From positions 930,001-994,000 of the forward strand of contig JBEUKZ010000010.1 in NCBI GenBank assembly GCA_048128005.1: 64,000 bases of DNA, in the 5' to 3' direction. The notes beneath the pieces are model-generated. The model made no database searches. It had not been told where the DNA came from and saw only the letters and a program-made list of their open reading frames with translations. The stretch's first letter is position 1, and each line of letters opens with the position of its first letter. Positions 1-13,047 of the stretch are shown here, piece after piece. The translations under genes and the position numbers were made by a program. This DNA comes from Veleropilina oligotropha. Lineage: Eukaryota.

Positions 1-205
1 TGGTTCACCTCTTCAGTAATTTTGAAGTAACTAATTTAGACCAATGAATTATTGCAGGTCAGTTGTTCTGGAAGAAGTGAATATGGTTACCAGTTACGTG
101 TACCATGATTGCTGCATCCGCAATTTTTGTAGACATTGGCTCACAGGCTGTATAAAACATCGCAGGAGCAATAATTATTATCCATATAATGTTAAATGAT
201 TTATA

Positions 206-1325
206 ACAAGAAGACAAAGTCGTCAACATCCCCCGCAATGGTACAACACCTGAAACCCGTAGGCTCATTGAAAGTTGAAATGTATTGAAAACAGTTATTT
301 GTCCTTGTTTATTTAACATTTTTCACAGGAGTAGATATTTTCTGCTCAAAGGACATGTTAAGACTGTAGTATTTAATTTCTTTATTTATATATCTACTTT
401 TCTGAAACATGTCGCCACCAACTATGGTCATGAATTTGGCGATATTATTTGGGCTGGAGTGCCTCTTCCGACAATGGTACATTCACAATTGCTATATGCT
501 CTATGCTCTTGAAACTACAATGGGATAAGCGCAATATCGTTGCTTGAAATAGTAACAAGGGCAATAACTCTGTCATTAATAATCACACAACGTCAAAATT
601 ATGAAAAGGTACCAGTTAACCAACTACTGAATACACCCACCAATTTTCGTAATAATAAGTCAAGCACTTTAAGAGATATAGTCAGGAATAACAAAATTAA
701 AGCAAGGGCAATAACTCTGTTAATAATTGCCGCACAACGTCGAAATTAGCAAAAGATAAAAATTCACCAACTGCTTAATACACCCACCAAATTGCATATA
801 AAGTTATGCTGAGAGGTTTATGAGATACGCTTCGGAAAGGAGAACATTAACCAATTTACATCAAGGACAATAACTCTGTTAATAATCACCGCACAACGCC
901 GAAACTAGAAAAAGGCACCAGTTCACCGACTACTTAATACACCCAGCAAGTTTCGTAAAGTTACGTCGAGCGGTGTACGAGATAAGCTCTGGAAAAGAGA
1001 ACATTAACGAAATACTAAAAAAGGCAATAACTCTGTTAATGATCGACGCACAACGTCGAAACTAGCAAAAGGCACAAGTTCTTAATACATCTAGTAAGTT
1101 TGGTAAAGTTATGTCGAGCGGTGTTTAAAATACAGTCCGGAAAAGCTAACATAAACGAATTTATAACAAGGGTAATAGCTCTATTCGTAATAACGGAACA
1201 ACGTCGAAACTAGCAAAAGGCACTAGTTCACCGAGTACTTATTACACCCAGCAAGTTTCGAAAAGTTATGTCGAGCGGTGTATAAGATATGCTCCGGTCT
1301 GCATTTTAATATCCCCCGCAAATTT
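206..1325 (+). mobile_element. HINE-like element with ~150-bp internal tandem repeats (family A, copy 1)
   Basis: ATCCCCCGC motif near both ends. AAGGGCAATAACTCT-type units at ~557, 704, 862, 1020 and 1168. Homologous to 22640-24432. Confidence 0.7.
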
Positions 1326-2580
1326 TAAAAACACATCCTAAGACAGTTGCTGAATGAATTAATATCCAATGGTGCCTGAACTTGGAGAGCATTCTGATGA
1401 TTCCTCATCCAATACCTTTTTTAGGTTTTACATTAGTAGTTTATATATTATAAATTGATATATATTATATAAATTGATATATTGATTCCAAATATCTAGT
1501 GATAGGGAGTTTGACCATCGTGTGGGGTTCAATAGTAAGAAATGCAATTACGAGTAATTAATTTCCCAAAGCGATAAACATTTGCTTGACGGAAAACATT
1601 TTAAGAATGCGTGGAACGCCATCAATGCCGAAACAATGCATATCCGTGTGCGCGAGTTGATTGACACGGTCACCATGAGACCGAAAAATTGAAACAGGAT
1701 AGTCGGCTTTGGCAGTGTCGATAATAAGCTCTCTTCTATTAAATGTTGTTTTAATCTGTAGATCAACATCTGTAACTGGAAATTGACCCCTATCAGTGAA
1801 ACATTATGCAGTCTCGTTTGCTGACAAACCTAAAGCATCCTTTGACATCATCAATGTAAATGAAACTCTTCCATCCTAAACAGCCGCACGTTCAAACAAA
1901 TCTCGTTCCTGCTAAATCTCGGGCCCAACGTGAATGGACTGTTGTTGTTCTTTAAAATATTGACAGAAATACGCAGACAGACAGCTCGGTTCATCGAGCG
2001 TGGCAAACAGTTTACATTCCGCGTTCAATTTGACCATGGTCGTGGGATTTCTTGGACCTCAGTAATTAGACCCCCCGGAGAGGGTCTCATGTGACGCGGG
2101 CATTGTCGTCTTGCAAATGGTGACGATAATTAATACGAACGTACGGACGCATAGAATTAGCTATCGCTAAAGAACAATAAGTGAATTTGGCAGTGGTGAC
2201 AATGTATGCCATTGTTGACAACGATGCAGTCCCCACAAAAAAATTCAAATCGTAATTGTTGGCTCTAAAATCCTATTTATTGGTATCTTTAACCTTCCCG
2301 GAAGCAATATATGTGACACGTCATTGGTGAACAAGAGGTTATCAGCGCTGTTGACCACTTTTGGGTTTATTTATTATGTACACATGTGATCATAAACGAA
2401 CTTTCAAATATTATCAAGGCGACAAGGTCTTGCTTATACCAGGGCTGATAAGTATAACTCTATCGAAAACAAGCAAAGGAAATAGGTCACACGCCTGTGA
2501 GAGTATACAATCGATCAGGTGTACGTATTACTGTAAATAAAGCAATCTGTCATATCGGTTGTGCGTACATATCTACAGTG

Positions 2581-2709
<129 letters not shown>

Positions 2710-2964
2710 TACAAAACAGGCGATTGTCAATCCTGTTTTCTGATTATTTCGTTGCCTATCGGCTATTAGTATCCATTTCACTCTCCTTTGTACATGCATG
2801 ATGTCATCAGCAATATCGCAAACAATAGAAACCAGTAACTAATTGATTTTTGGCATATCCATTTCAGATATCTTAACGATAGGCACAAAGACACAGCTTA
2901 CCAATATACTTGTTGCCATTTAACTTTGTAAACTACCTTGATTGTGTAAGCTTTGTCAACTCAC

Positions 2965-3028
2965 CTGTCGTTGCACTGGCTATGAGAAAATACATCCCTA
3001 AAAGTAGCCACAATCCTTTTCTCCGCAT
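2965..3028 (-). CDS. Putative first coding exon (signal peptide) of an unidentified secreted or membrane protein
   Basis: ATG at 3028 reads MRRKGLWLLLGMYFLIASATT-G|gtgagt: basic N-region, hydrophobic core, small-residue cleavage region, and a strong CAG|GTGAGT donor in phase 1. Confidence 0.5.
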
Positions 3029-3551
3029 CTTCGATTTCCTGGTTAAAATCCAACATACACGTCGTCATATAAAGTTCACTCCGCGATTTCCGTCCTCTCT
3101 TGACTACATCCTCCGATCACACGTCAACGGTTGCTGAAACACAAGAGAGAGACGCTAAATCCGTGGACGCCGCCATGTTGCTTGTAGACTCGTATCAATC
3201 TACGCAAGGAGTGAACGCCTATTAAATCGGCCGACCTGTCGCGTTGTTTGTCGCGAGGCCTCGGGCAGGGTGAAAGATGAACGGTCGCCAAACACAGCGG
3301 AAAGCAAACAGCCGGGACTCGGTGAAACGAAACACACGTATACAGGAGGTCTTCGCTGCGATGACTCGCCAACCTGTACGCAATTTAATAAATCAATATT
3401 CGAGGCCCATTGAAGTGCGGCTACGTAACGTGTTTTTATTAATGGTACACCTATGAAAGGCCAAGAACGCGCTCATTGTCCAAATACCTCGCGCAGCAGT
3501 GATCAAAGGATCTTTATTAAAAGTCTTAATGCTGAATGCAACTTGCTCACT

Positions 3552-4477
3552 ATATGCATTACGCCACTTATAATGGCCTGAACAATAACCCAGGTGCAAT
3601 GTTAGCCCCTCATTCGCAGATTGTATAAAACCGTCTTTAGAATTTGGTTCCTTTGTTGCCAAGTCGGTGGAGCACGCATGACTCAAAACATGTATACCGG
3701 CCTGATAATGACATTAAATGTTCACTTTGAGTAATACACATTTTGGTTTGAATATTATGGCATCCAGTAAACGGACCGAGAAAGTCTCAGAGATAACCCG
3801 TGAATTTGCGAACTTGCGCACCATATGCATTACACCACTTATAATGGCCTGAACAATAAATAACCCAGGTGCAATGTTAGCCCCTCATTCTCAGATTGTA
3901 TAATGCCGTCTTTAGAATTTGGTTCCTTTGTTGCCAAGTCGGTGGAGCACGCATGACTCAAGACATGTATACCGGTGTCACGAACTATACCGTACAGCTG
4001 ACTATACCGTACAGGTCATATCTGTAATATCAATAATACGTATTTTAATATCGCATCTTTTAATTCATGGACTTGTGGTTATGTCACTATTGGTCACCTG
4101 GTGGTCTTAAATTAAATTATAAGAGCAATTTCATCGGAATAACGCAAATTAATGATAATCGGTCGCGATTGTTGCGGTTAACACCCAAGTACTTATTACT
4201 CCAGAGTAACCATTTGAAAAAGGTTAATTTTAAGACCATTAGGTGACCAATAGTGACGTAACCACAAGTCCATGAATTACAAGATGCGATATTAAAATAC
4301 GTATTATTGATATTACAGATAAGACATGTACGGTATAGTCAGGTACCGTGCACGGTATAGTTCGTGACACCGGCCTGATAATGTTCACTTTGAATAAGTC
4401 ACATTTTGGTTTGAATATTATGGCATCCAGTAAACGAACTGAGAAAAGTCTCAGAGATAACCCGTGAATTTGCGAAC
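3552..4477 (+). repeat. Local tandem duplication of ~265 bp (second copy interrupted by the MITE)
   Basis: 3552-3813 recurs as 3823-3975 plus 4374-4477. Confidence 0.9.
3976..4369. mobile_element. Ginger-type MITE (TGT..ACA termini, CCGG TSD)
   Basis: ~140-bp TIRs (TGTCACGAACTATACCG / CGGTATAGTTCGTGACA). CCGG at 3972-3975 and 4370-4373. A paralogous empty site has a single CCGG at 3697-3700. Confidence 0.85.
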
Positions 4478-4716
4478 AGAACACGTACATGTGATCTTGT
4501 GTAGCAGAAAGATAAACAGTTACGCGGAAAAGCTATGTGCGAAATACTAGATAATTTTCCATTATTTATATATACATTAATTCTGTGCATATGCTTACAT
4601 GTTTAAAAGATTAGCTAAAAGCATTTCAGAATATCATAAGATATTGGCTTGAATATGTTGATAAACTATCGATATATTAATTATTTCTTTATTGAAAGAA
4701 GAAAATGCGCATTCAA

Positions 4717-4815
4717 AATCTGAAGGACAATAATTACTCATACCATGTTGAGGTTCACCCTATATTGCCAATATAGGGTGAACTTCAACATGGTATGAGT
4801 AACTATTGTCCTTCA
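4717..4815. repeat. Long palindrome
   Basis: TGAAGGACAATAATTACTCATACCATGTTGAGGTTCACCCTATATTG-C-CAATATAGGGTGAACTTCAACATGGTATGAGTAACTATTGTCCTTCA. Confidence 0.88.
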
Positions 4816-5788
4816 AATTTGCATTAATATAAGAAAGAATCACACTGATTTACATTTTTCACAGTTAGAGTAACGATTATTTTAAAACTATTTTATGTTG
4901 TTGCTAGCTTGCATCTAATAAATTATTTTAAACAAATTAGCGTGTATGCAAATGACACTAATATCTCCGGATTTTGCTTCACATGTACTGTTTGAAGTAA
5001 ACTTTGAGTAAAGCGCATGCACTTACCCTGAGTAAACGGTATTACCTGTATATTTTCACCACTATAAGCACACGTGTCCGAGATTGTCCGACGTTTATCT
5101 CCTGTAGCACAAACATTAGACCTCCATCCACACAACGTATGGTGTGTTAATTTTAACGTGACATGCGTTAATATACTTCAGTGAAAGGTCTACAAACGAG
5201 CGTCAATGCATATATCCTGATCTCAGGTGATCGTCCTTTTACGGAATTATCCGGAATCTCCAATGTACACACGCGCTGACGGGATCCACAGGGAATGCTT
5301 GACTTCAGACACCTGGCAATCTGTTGCCTAGCAACGGAATATTTAAGGGAATTACCTGTCTGCCGAGAATAACGATGGCTGCACCGCCCGTGGGGTTCAC
5401 TTGCTCAAGGAGTTAATCTAGCGATCACGGGGAACGTGTCATATGATCATTACAATAACTGGACTCGAGAAAACAATTCGTTTGTTTGTCACTGAAAGAC
5501 GTTCGCTGATTCAGAAGCGAGAACACGTCATTGGCGACTGATGTACTAGACCAATAATGGACGAAAACTTTCATTTTGACATGGTTATGCACTCAAAGTA
5601 CAGGCATGCCAATATACCGAGAACTAATTAAAAGGTACATTCCAAAGCATTCTTGGTCAAACTAAATGAAGAAAAATATAAACATCATCGAAAGAGCTTT
5701 TGTCTACACTCATAAACCTGATATTTTAAGCCAAAACTTATTACAAATATAATTTTTATGGTGTTGCCAATCAGATGAGAACTATGCA

Positions 5789-8700
5789 AACAAGCGCATC
5801 CGAGAGGAGGCATAGTTGAGCCGCAGTGCCCACTCTCAACAAGCGCATCCGAGAGGAGGCATAGTTGAGCCGCAGTGCCCACTCTCAACAAGCACGTCCG
5901 AGAGGAGGCATAGTTGGGCCGCAGTGCCCACTCTCAACAAGCGCATCCGAGAGGAGGCATAGCTGAGCCGCAGTGCCCACTCTCAACAAGCGCATCCGAG
6001 AGGAGGCATAGTTGAGCCGCAGTGCCCACTCTCAACAAGCGCATCCGAGAGGAGGCATAGTTGAGCCGCAGTTCCCACTCTCAACAAGCGCATCCGAGAG
6101 GAGGCATAGTTGAGCCGCAGTGCCCACTCTCAACAAGCGCATCCGAGAGGAGGCATAGTTGAGCCGCAGTGCCCACTCTCAACAAGCGCATCCGAGAGGA
6201 GGCATAGTTGAGCCGCAGTGCCCACTCTCAACAAGCGCATCCGAGAGGAGGCATAGTTGAGCCGCAGTGCCCACTCTCAACAAGCGCATCCGAGAGGAGG
6301 CATAGTTGAGCCGCAGTGCCCACTCTCAACAAGCGCATCCGAGAGGAGGCATAGTTGAGCCGCAGTGCCCACTCTCAACAAGCGCATCCGAGAGGAGGCA
6401 TAGTTGAGCCGCAGTGCCCACTCTCAACAAGTGCATCCGAGAGGAGGCATAGTTGAGCCGCAGTGCCCACTCTCAACAAGCGCATCCGAGAGGAGGCATA
6501 GTTGAGCCGCAGTGCCCACTCTCAACAAGCGCATCCGAGAGGAGGCATAGTTGAGCCGCAGTGCCCACTCTCAACAAGCGCATCCGAGAGGAGGCATAGT
6601 TGAGCCGCAGTGCCCACTCTCAACAAGCGCATCCGAGAGGAGGCATAGTTAAGCCGCAGTGCCCACTCTCAACAAGCGCATCCGAGAGGAGGCATAGTTG
6701 AGCCGCAGTGCCCACTCTCAACAAGCGCATCCGAGAGGAGGCATAGTTGAGCCACAGTGCCCACTCTCAACAAGCGCATCTGAGAGGAGGCATAGTTGAG
6801 CCGCAGTGCCCACTCTCAACAAGCGCATCCGAGAGGAGGCATAGTTGGGCCGCAGTGCCCACTCTCATCAAGCGCATCCGAGAGGAGGCATAGTTGGGCC
6901 GCAGTGCCCACTCTCAACAAGCGCATCCGAGAGGAGGCATAGTTGAGCCGCAGTGCCCACTCTCAACAAGCGCATCCGAGAGGAGGCATAGTTGAGCCGC
7001 AGTGCCCACTCTCAACAAGCGCATCCGAGAGGAGGCATAGTTGAGCCGCAGTGCCCACTCTCAACAAGCGCATCCGAGAGGAGGCATAGTTGAGCCGCAG
7101 TGCCCACTCTCAACAAGCGCATCCGAGAGGAGGCATAGTTGAGCCGCAGTGCCCACTCTCAACAAGCGCATCCGAGAGGAGGCATAGTTGAGCCGCAGTG
7201 CCCACTCTCAACAAGCGCATCCGAGAGGAGGCATAGTTGAGCCGCAGTGCCCACTCTCAACAAGCGCATCCGAGAGGAGGCATAGTTGAGCCGCAGTGCC
7301 CACTCTCAACAAGCGCATCCGAGAGGAGGCATAGTTGAGCCGCAGTGCCCACTCTCAACAAGCGCATCCGAGAGGAGGCATAGTTGAGCCGCAGTGCCCA
7401 CTCTCAACAAGCTCATCCGAGAGGAGGCATAGTTGAGCCGCAGTGCCCACTCTCAACAAGCGCATCCGAGAGGAGGCATAGTTGAGCCGCAGTGCCCACT
7501 CTCAACAAGCGCATCCGAGAGGAGGCATAGTTGAGCCGCAGTGCCCACTCTCAACAAGCGCATCCGAGAGGAGGCATAGTTGAGCTGCAGTGCCCACTCT
7601 CAACAAGCGCATCCGAGAGGAGGCATAGTTGAGCCGCAGTGCCCACTCTCAACAAGCGCATCCGAGAGGAGGCATAGTTGAGCCGCAGTGCCCACTCTCA
7701 ACAAGCGCATCCGAGAGGAGGCATAGTTGAGCCGCAGTGCCCACTCTCAACAAGCGCATCCGAGAGGAGGCATAGTTGAGCCGCAGTGCCCACTCTCAAC
7801 AAGCGCATCCGAGAGGAGCCATAGTTGAGCCGCAGTGCCCACTCTCAACAAGCGCATCCGAGAGGAGGCATAGTTGAGCCGCAGTGCCCACTCTCAACAA
7901 GCGCATCCGAGAGGAGGCATAGTTGAGCCGCAGTGCCCACTCTCAACAAGCGCATCCGAGAGGAGGCATAGTTGAGCCGCAGTGCCCACTCTCAACAAGC
8001 GCATCCGAGAGGAGGCATAGTTGAGCCGCAGTGCCCACTCTCAACAAGCGCATCCGAGAGGAGGCATAGTTGAGCCGCAGTGCCCACTCTCAACAAGCGC
8101 ATCCGAGAGGAGGCATAGTTGAGCCGCAGTGCCCACTCTCAACAAGCGCATCCGAGAGGAGGCATAGTTGAGCCGCAGTGCCCACTCTCAACAAGCGCAT
8201 CCGAGAGGAGGCATAGTTGAGCCGCAGTGCCCACTCTCAACAAGCGCATCCGAGAGGAGGCATAGTTGAGCCGCAGTGCCCACTCTCAACAAGCGCATCC
8301 GAGAGGAGGCATAGTTGAGCCGCAGTGCCCACTCTCAACAAGCGCATCCGAGAGGAGGCATAGTTGAGCCGCAGTGCCCACTCTCAACAAGCGCATCCGA
8401 GAGGAGGCATAGTTGAGCCGCAGTGCCCACTCTCAACAAGCGCATCCGAGAGGAAGCATAGTTGAGCCGCAGTGCCCACTCTCAACAAGCGCATCCGAGA
8501 GGAAGCATAGTTGAGCCGTAGTGCCCACTCTCAACAAGTGCATCCGAGAGGAAGCATAGTTGAGCCGCAGTGCCCACTCTCAACAAGCGTATCCGAGAGG
8601 AGGCATAGTTGAGCCGCAGTGCCCACTCTCAACAAGCGCATCCGAGAGGAGGCATAGTTGAGCCGCAGTGCCCACTCTCAACAAGCGCATCCGAGAGGAG

Positions 8701-9218
8701 GCATAGTTGAGCCGCAGTGCCCACTCTCAACAAGCGCATCCGAGAGGAGGCATAGTTGAGCCGCAGTGCCCACTCTCAACAAGCGCATCCGAGAGGAGGC
8801 ATAGTTGAGCCGCAGTGCCCACTCTCAACAAGCGCATCCGAGAGGAGGCATAGTTGAGCCGCAGTGCCCACTCTCAACAAGCGCATCCGAGAGGAGGCAT
8901 AGTTGAGCCGCAGTGCCCACTCTCAACAAGCGCATCCGAGAGGAGGCATAGTTGAGCCGCAGTGCCCACTCTCAACAAGCGCATCCGAGAGGAGGCATAG
9001 TTGAGCCGCAGTGCCCACTCTCAACAAGCGCATCCGAGAGGAAGCATAGTTGAGCCGCAGTGCCCACTCTCAACAAGCGCATCCGAGAGGAAGCATAGTT
9101 GAGCCGCAGTGCCCACTCTCAACAAGCGCATCCGAGAGGAAGCATAGTTGAGCCGCAGTGCCCACTCTCAACAAGCGCATCCGAGAGGAAGCATAGTTGA
9201 GCCGCAGTGCCCACTCTC
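5789..9218 (+). repeat. Satellite array, 70 copies of a 49-bp unit
   Basis: Unit AACAAGCGCATCCGAGAGGAGGCATAGTTGAGCCGCAGTGCCCACTCTC. Span of 3430 bp equals 70 x 49, with only scattered substitutions and no spacers. Confidence 0.97.
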
Positions 9219-9674
9219 AATAAACTTAATTTTATCTTTCTATGTTGACCGAGTCCAGAGATATGTTTGTTTATGTATTTTACACTTATTTGTCTTTGGT
9301 GACCTTGACCTTTGACCTAAAAAATCAATCAGTAGTTAGATATCCACTCATATACGTATCATATATATGAAGTTTTGTGGCTATATGTTTTGAATTGACC
9401 CTGTTATGCCATGTAAAGTCACCGTGGACATACACCACCACAACACAGACAGATAGACCGCCTCAATACAATAGTTTCTCCGTACACCTTTGACCTCAAA
9501 AATCAATCAGTAGTTAGATATCCACTCAGATATCATATATATGAAGTTTCGTGAATATATGTTTTTAATTGACCAAGTTATGCCATGTAAAGTCATCGTG
9601 GGCATACACCACACCACCACCACACAGACAGACAGCTTCAATACAATAGTTTCTCCGTAAGCGGCTCAACTAAT
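9170..9674 (+). mobile_element. Helentron/HINE-like non-autonomous element whose left terminus is the satellite unit
   Basis: Subterminal inverted pair TAGTTGAGCCGC / GCGGCTCAACTA (9661-9672), GACCTTGACCTTTGACC motif, two internal repeat units and a short (CAGA)n tract. Confidence 0.7.
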
Positions 9675-10123
9675 TACCTTTTACAAAACGCAATTTACTC
9701 ATTCACAATGCTATGATAAGCTTATTAATACCCGTGTTTCGTACTTATATTAGGGACTGGTCATTTATTATAGGGGGAGGGTTTGTCCTTTTTTCATGAC
9801 CCACCCCCATGGGTGATTTGTTTTCTTGGGGTGGGGGTGGTTGTTTGGTTTCTGAAGTTTGAACGGGAGTCCAACTTTTACAAAATATTCTTAACTCTCC
9901 ATGTGTGAAACTCTGTCTTGCATTTTGAGGGGGATGATTAGAAATGTATTTATACAACATTTATTACTCAAATACAATAATCTTTTACACAAAATGACAT
10001 CATTTTAAGCTGAATATCAAGCCATATGAGCATCGAAGGCAATGAAAAGGCTGGTAAAGCAGCAAAGTCATCTTTACAAAATAACCAACATGTAAATTTC
10101 AAAATTCCGTATTCCGATTTTAA

Positions 10124-10346
10124 AGGGGCACTATATACAATGGAATTCAAGGAAAATCACAGCAGTTAGATTTTCTCGAACGAGGCTGTGACTATTTATA
10201 GAACCCTTTTCTATCGTGCGATAGTCTCGCGACTTAATTGTCGTGTCAAGAAACATGTACAAGTCAACTTAGAAAAGCGTAAAATCATAACCGAGCTGTG
10301 TGAACAATTAAAATGCGAGATGCGTTTTAGGGTATAAAGTGCCCCT
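10124..10346. mobile_element. Kolobok-type MITE
   Basis: TTAA|AGGGGCACTATATAC ... GTATAAAGTGCCCCT|TTAA. Confidence 0.7.
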
Positions 10347-12863
10347 TTAAGTACCATATAAATAAATACATTCAAACTACATCTCAATGTTGTTGGGATG
10401 ATCGTACGGGGAATAATCTGCAGAATGACCAGGATTTCTTGGTGCGTGGGACCCCTTCTCTGCGCCGAGAGGAGGTCGGCTTGGTCAGACCGAGAATTGG
10501 ACATTTTAACTTCACTCACTCCTACCTGCTTAATTGTGAGCCTCCACCTGAGTGTATTTCTTGGGGCTACTAACCTAACAACAAAACAATTATTGGACTA
10601 CTGATTTAGACACAATATGTTAAAAATATCGCATTCTCACATCAAGAACTATTTAGTAATATGAAAATTGATGTCATTTTTGCTTTTTTAAAAGAAGCCA
10701 ATATAACCCTTTTACTTTTTATACAGATCTGTTGGCGATTTTTTTTAGCAAATTTATAATTATATTGATTTCACTGTATGTCTCATATGTAAAATGTGAA
10801 TACAGTTTCTAATATGAACCCTTTTCACCAAGCTGTATCGGTTTTACAGAACGCGTTTGTGTAATTATTTAATGGCCTGCCTCTAAAGCCTGTACCATTT
10901 TGAAAAGGGATAGGATCCAACTGTTAAAATTTGTTATGTATTGTCTGTGTGGGTGGGTCGCCTCCGTCCTCGCGCAGATGAAAATTTGTACAATTAGCTG
11001 TGTGAAACCCCTTCTCCTGCTGTACCGTTCTCGATAGCTCAACTGGTTACAGCGTCGGATAAACCCAGCTGCCCGCCTAAACGAGCCAAATCTACAATGG
11101 CTATTTTTATTAACTGTCCCGATTTTTTTTCTCATAACCCAGCCCTAAAGCCTGTGTAATTTTGAAAAGGGGTGACGGTCCTAGGGTGAAACCCTTACAA
11201 AATATGATCAATTGTTTGCGTGGGGCTTCAAACAAATTTTTTGACAATTAAGGTGTAAAACACCGTCTCCTGCATTCTGACTTTTACAAAATGTTGTGTA
11301 ATATTTTCATGCCCCACCCCTAAACACTGTCTTTTTATTTCGTGACCCACCCCAAAACCCTGTTTTTTTTCATGACCCACCCACCCATTTCCACACCGGC
11401 CCACCCCACCCACCCCCCTATAACAAATCCGTGAGATTCAATATATGAGTTTTTCTAAAAATAGTCCCTGCTATTTCAATGAATGTGTGATGGTTACACA
11501 GTCGTTTTTTCGCTTATTTCATAATAACCAGAGCAGATACTGCGCGAGATGCGAACATGCCATATTTTACGTCCACTTTTAACATTTTTTTAATACTACT
11601 ACCTTTTTACTGGTGTTGCCATATATTATTTATCCCGTATGTATGTCATCAGGTCAGATGTACGCATTATCGATTGCTTTGAACACTGCATGACTTAATT
11701 TAAAGCCCATAGCAATCAACATACGGCTCGTTTCATGTGTACAATACGTGAGTGGTAATTGAAAATTAGGTTCTCCAGTCTGAGCTATGGATTTGTGTTC
11801 AATAACCAGATTACTGAACTTCTCATAGAAACGACTGAAACGTCAAATACAGGTGCGATTCAATGTGCCTGTCGATACAGGACGGCATACAGTAATATTT
11901 CATACGATATGATATCGTATTTAATTTGAATAATATCCCTGCAAATGTAGTAGCCTATTCGTCGTCGTTTAAGACCGTCGGGCTAAATTGATACATCATG
12001 ACCGCAAGCTAATTAAACTTTTGGAATATTGTACATCGATGACAAACGTCACCATATACTGTACATAAGAAATAAGTAAGCCAAATATATCAAACAAATG
12101 ATGCTGGTGACGTTAAAAGCGTTACTAAATAGTTTCCCAATGAATCAAACCAAACATTACATACATGCATACTTCCTTATTTTGATGAAAAGTTGATAAT
12201 TTGTGAAAAGACTATTGCGGTACGTGCACCGATACATACTATATACGTGATGCTAATTGGCATGTAAATATATTCAAGGTGTCATAAATTTGAGATCTTA
12301 ACTTACCTGTAATAAAGTGTCAACAATATCCGGCAGGTTATCTCTATATTCAATCAATACAATTTGCCACTCATCGACGTTTTACTGCACGTTAATATAT
12401 GTACATCTTCCAGATCAATTTATTTTATGTCTAAAACCAAACGAGAGTGTCCATCTAGTGGTCAGTATCGCTATGTGGCCGCAGGCAGACCATTTAGGAC
12501 AATGGTCAGAGGCTATGGTCAGCCGGCGGCTAGATGAAGAGATACCATATGGTGATTTCAGAACTAACCATAACAATTAGAGGACAAGTGAATTATCTCT
12601 TGAGTCAAACTTCACAAATAATGACCACATGGTGCGATCTATAAAGGCATTGAAAACAGGTGCGATGTCCGATTACAACCGAGAAGAAAGTCTTCTGAGT
12701 TTATTAACAACAGAAATCATCAAAGAGATTACTCAACGAGTCGTGAGAACCCAAACGCATGGTGCACCGTTTTCGGGCCAATATGAAGTTTGTTCCTGCG
12801 ATAATGATATGATATACATTATGAAAATGAATTAGTCCTGTATATTTCCAAATACCATTTGGT

Positions 12864-13047
12864 TCAAACCAGGACATGTCCGTAAACCCGCCCTCTTCGA
12901 CCAGTCACCGACAACTGTGATACATAACTTGAACAAATGTTTGATGCCTCAGCCGTGGGTCGAACCACTACTGTTCGCGGCCGCGGATTCAAATCAGTGA
13001 TTTTCGGAATCCACAACCGTACGTACCACTGTACTGTCGAAGCGGCC
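12864..13047 (-). mobile_element. SINE, same family, partly deleted
   Basis: Reverse complement matches 21841-22020 and includes a B-box-like GGTTCGACCC. Confidence 0.6.

Noticed and set aside
5789..9218. CRISPR-like regular array
   Set aside because: Units are contiguous with no unique spacers, no cas genes are present, and the context is eukaryotic. It is a satellite.
9770..11430. Possible large MITE with CATGACCCACCC motifs near both ends
   Set aside because: The right terminus is incomplete and no TSD can be established.
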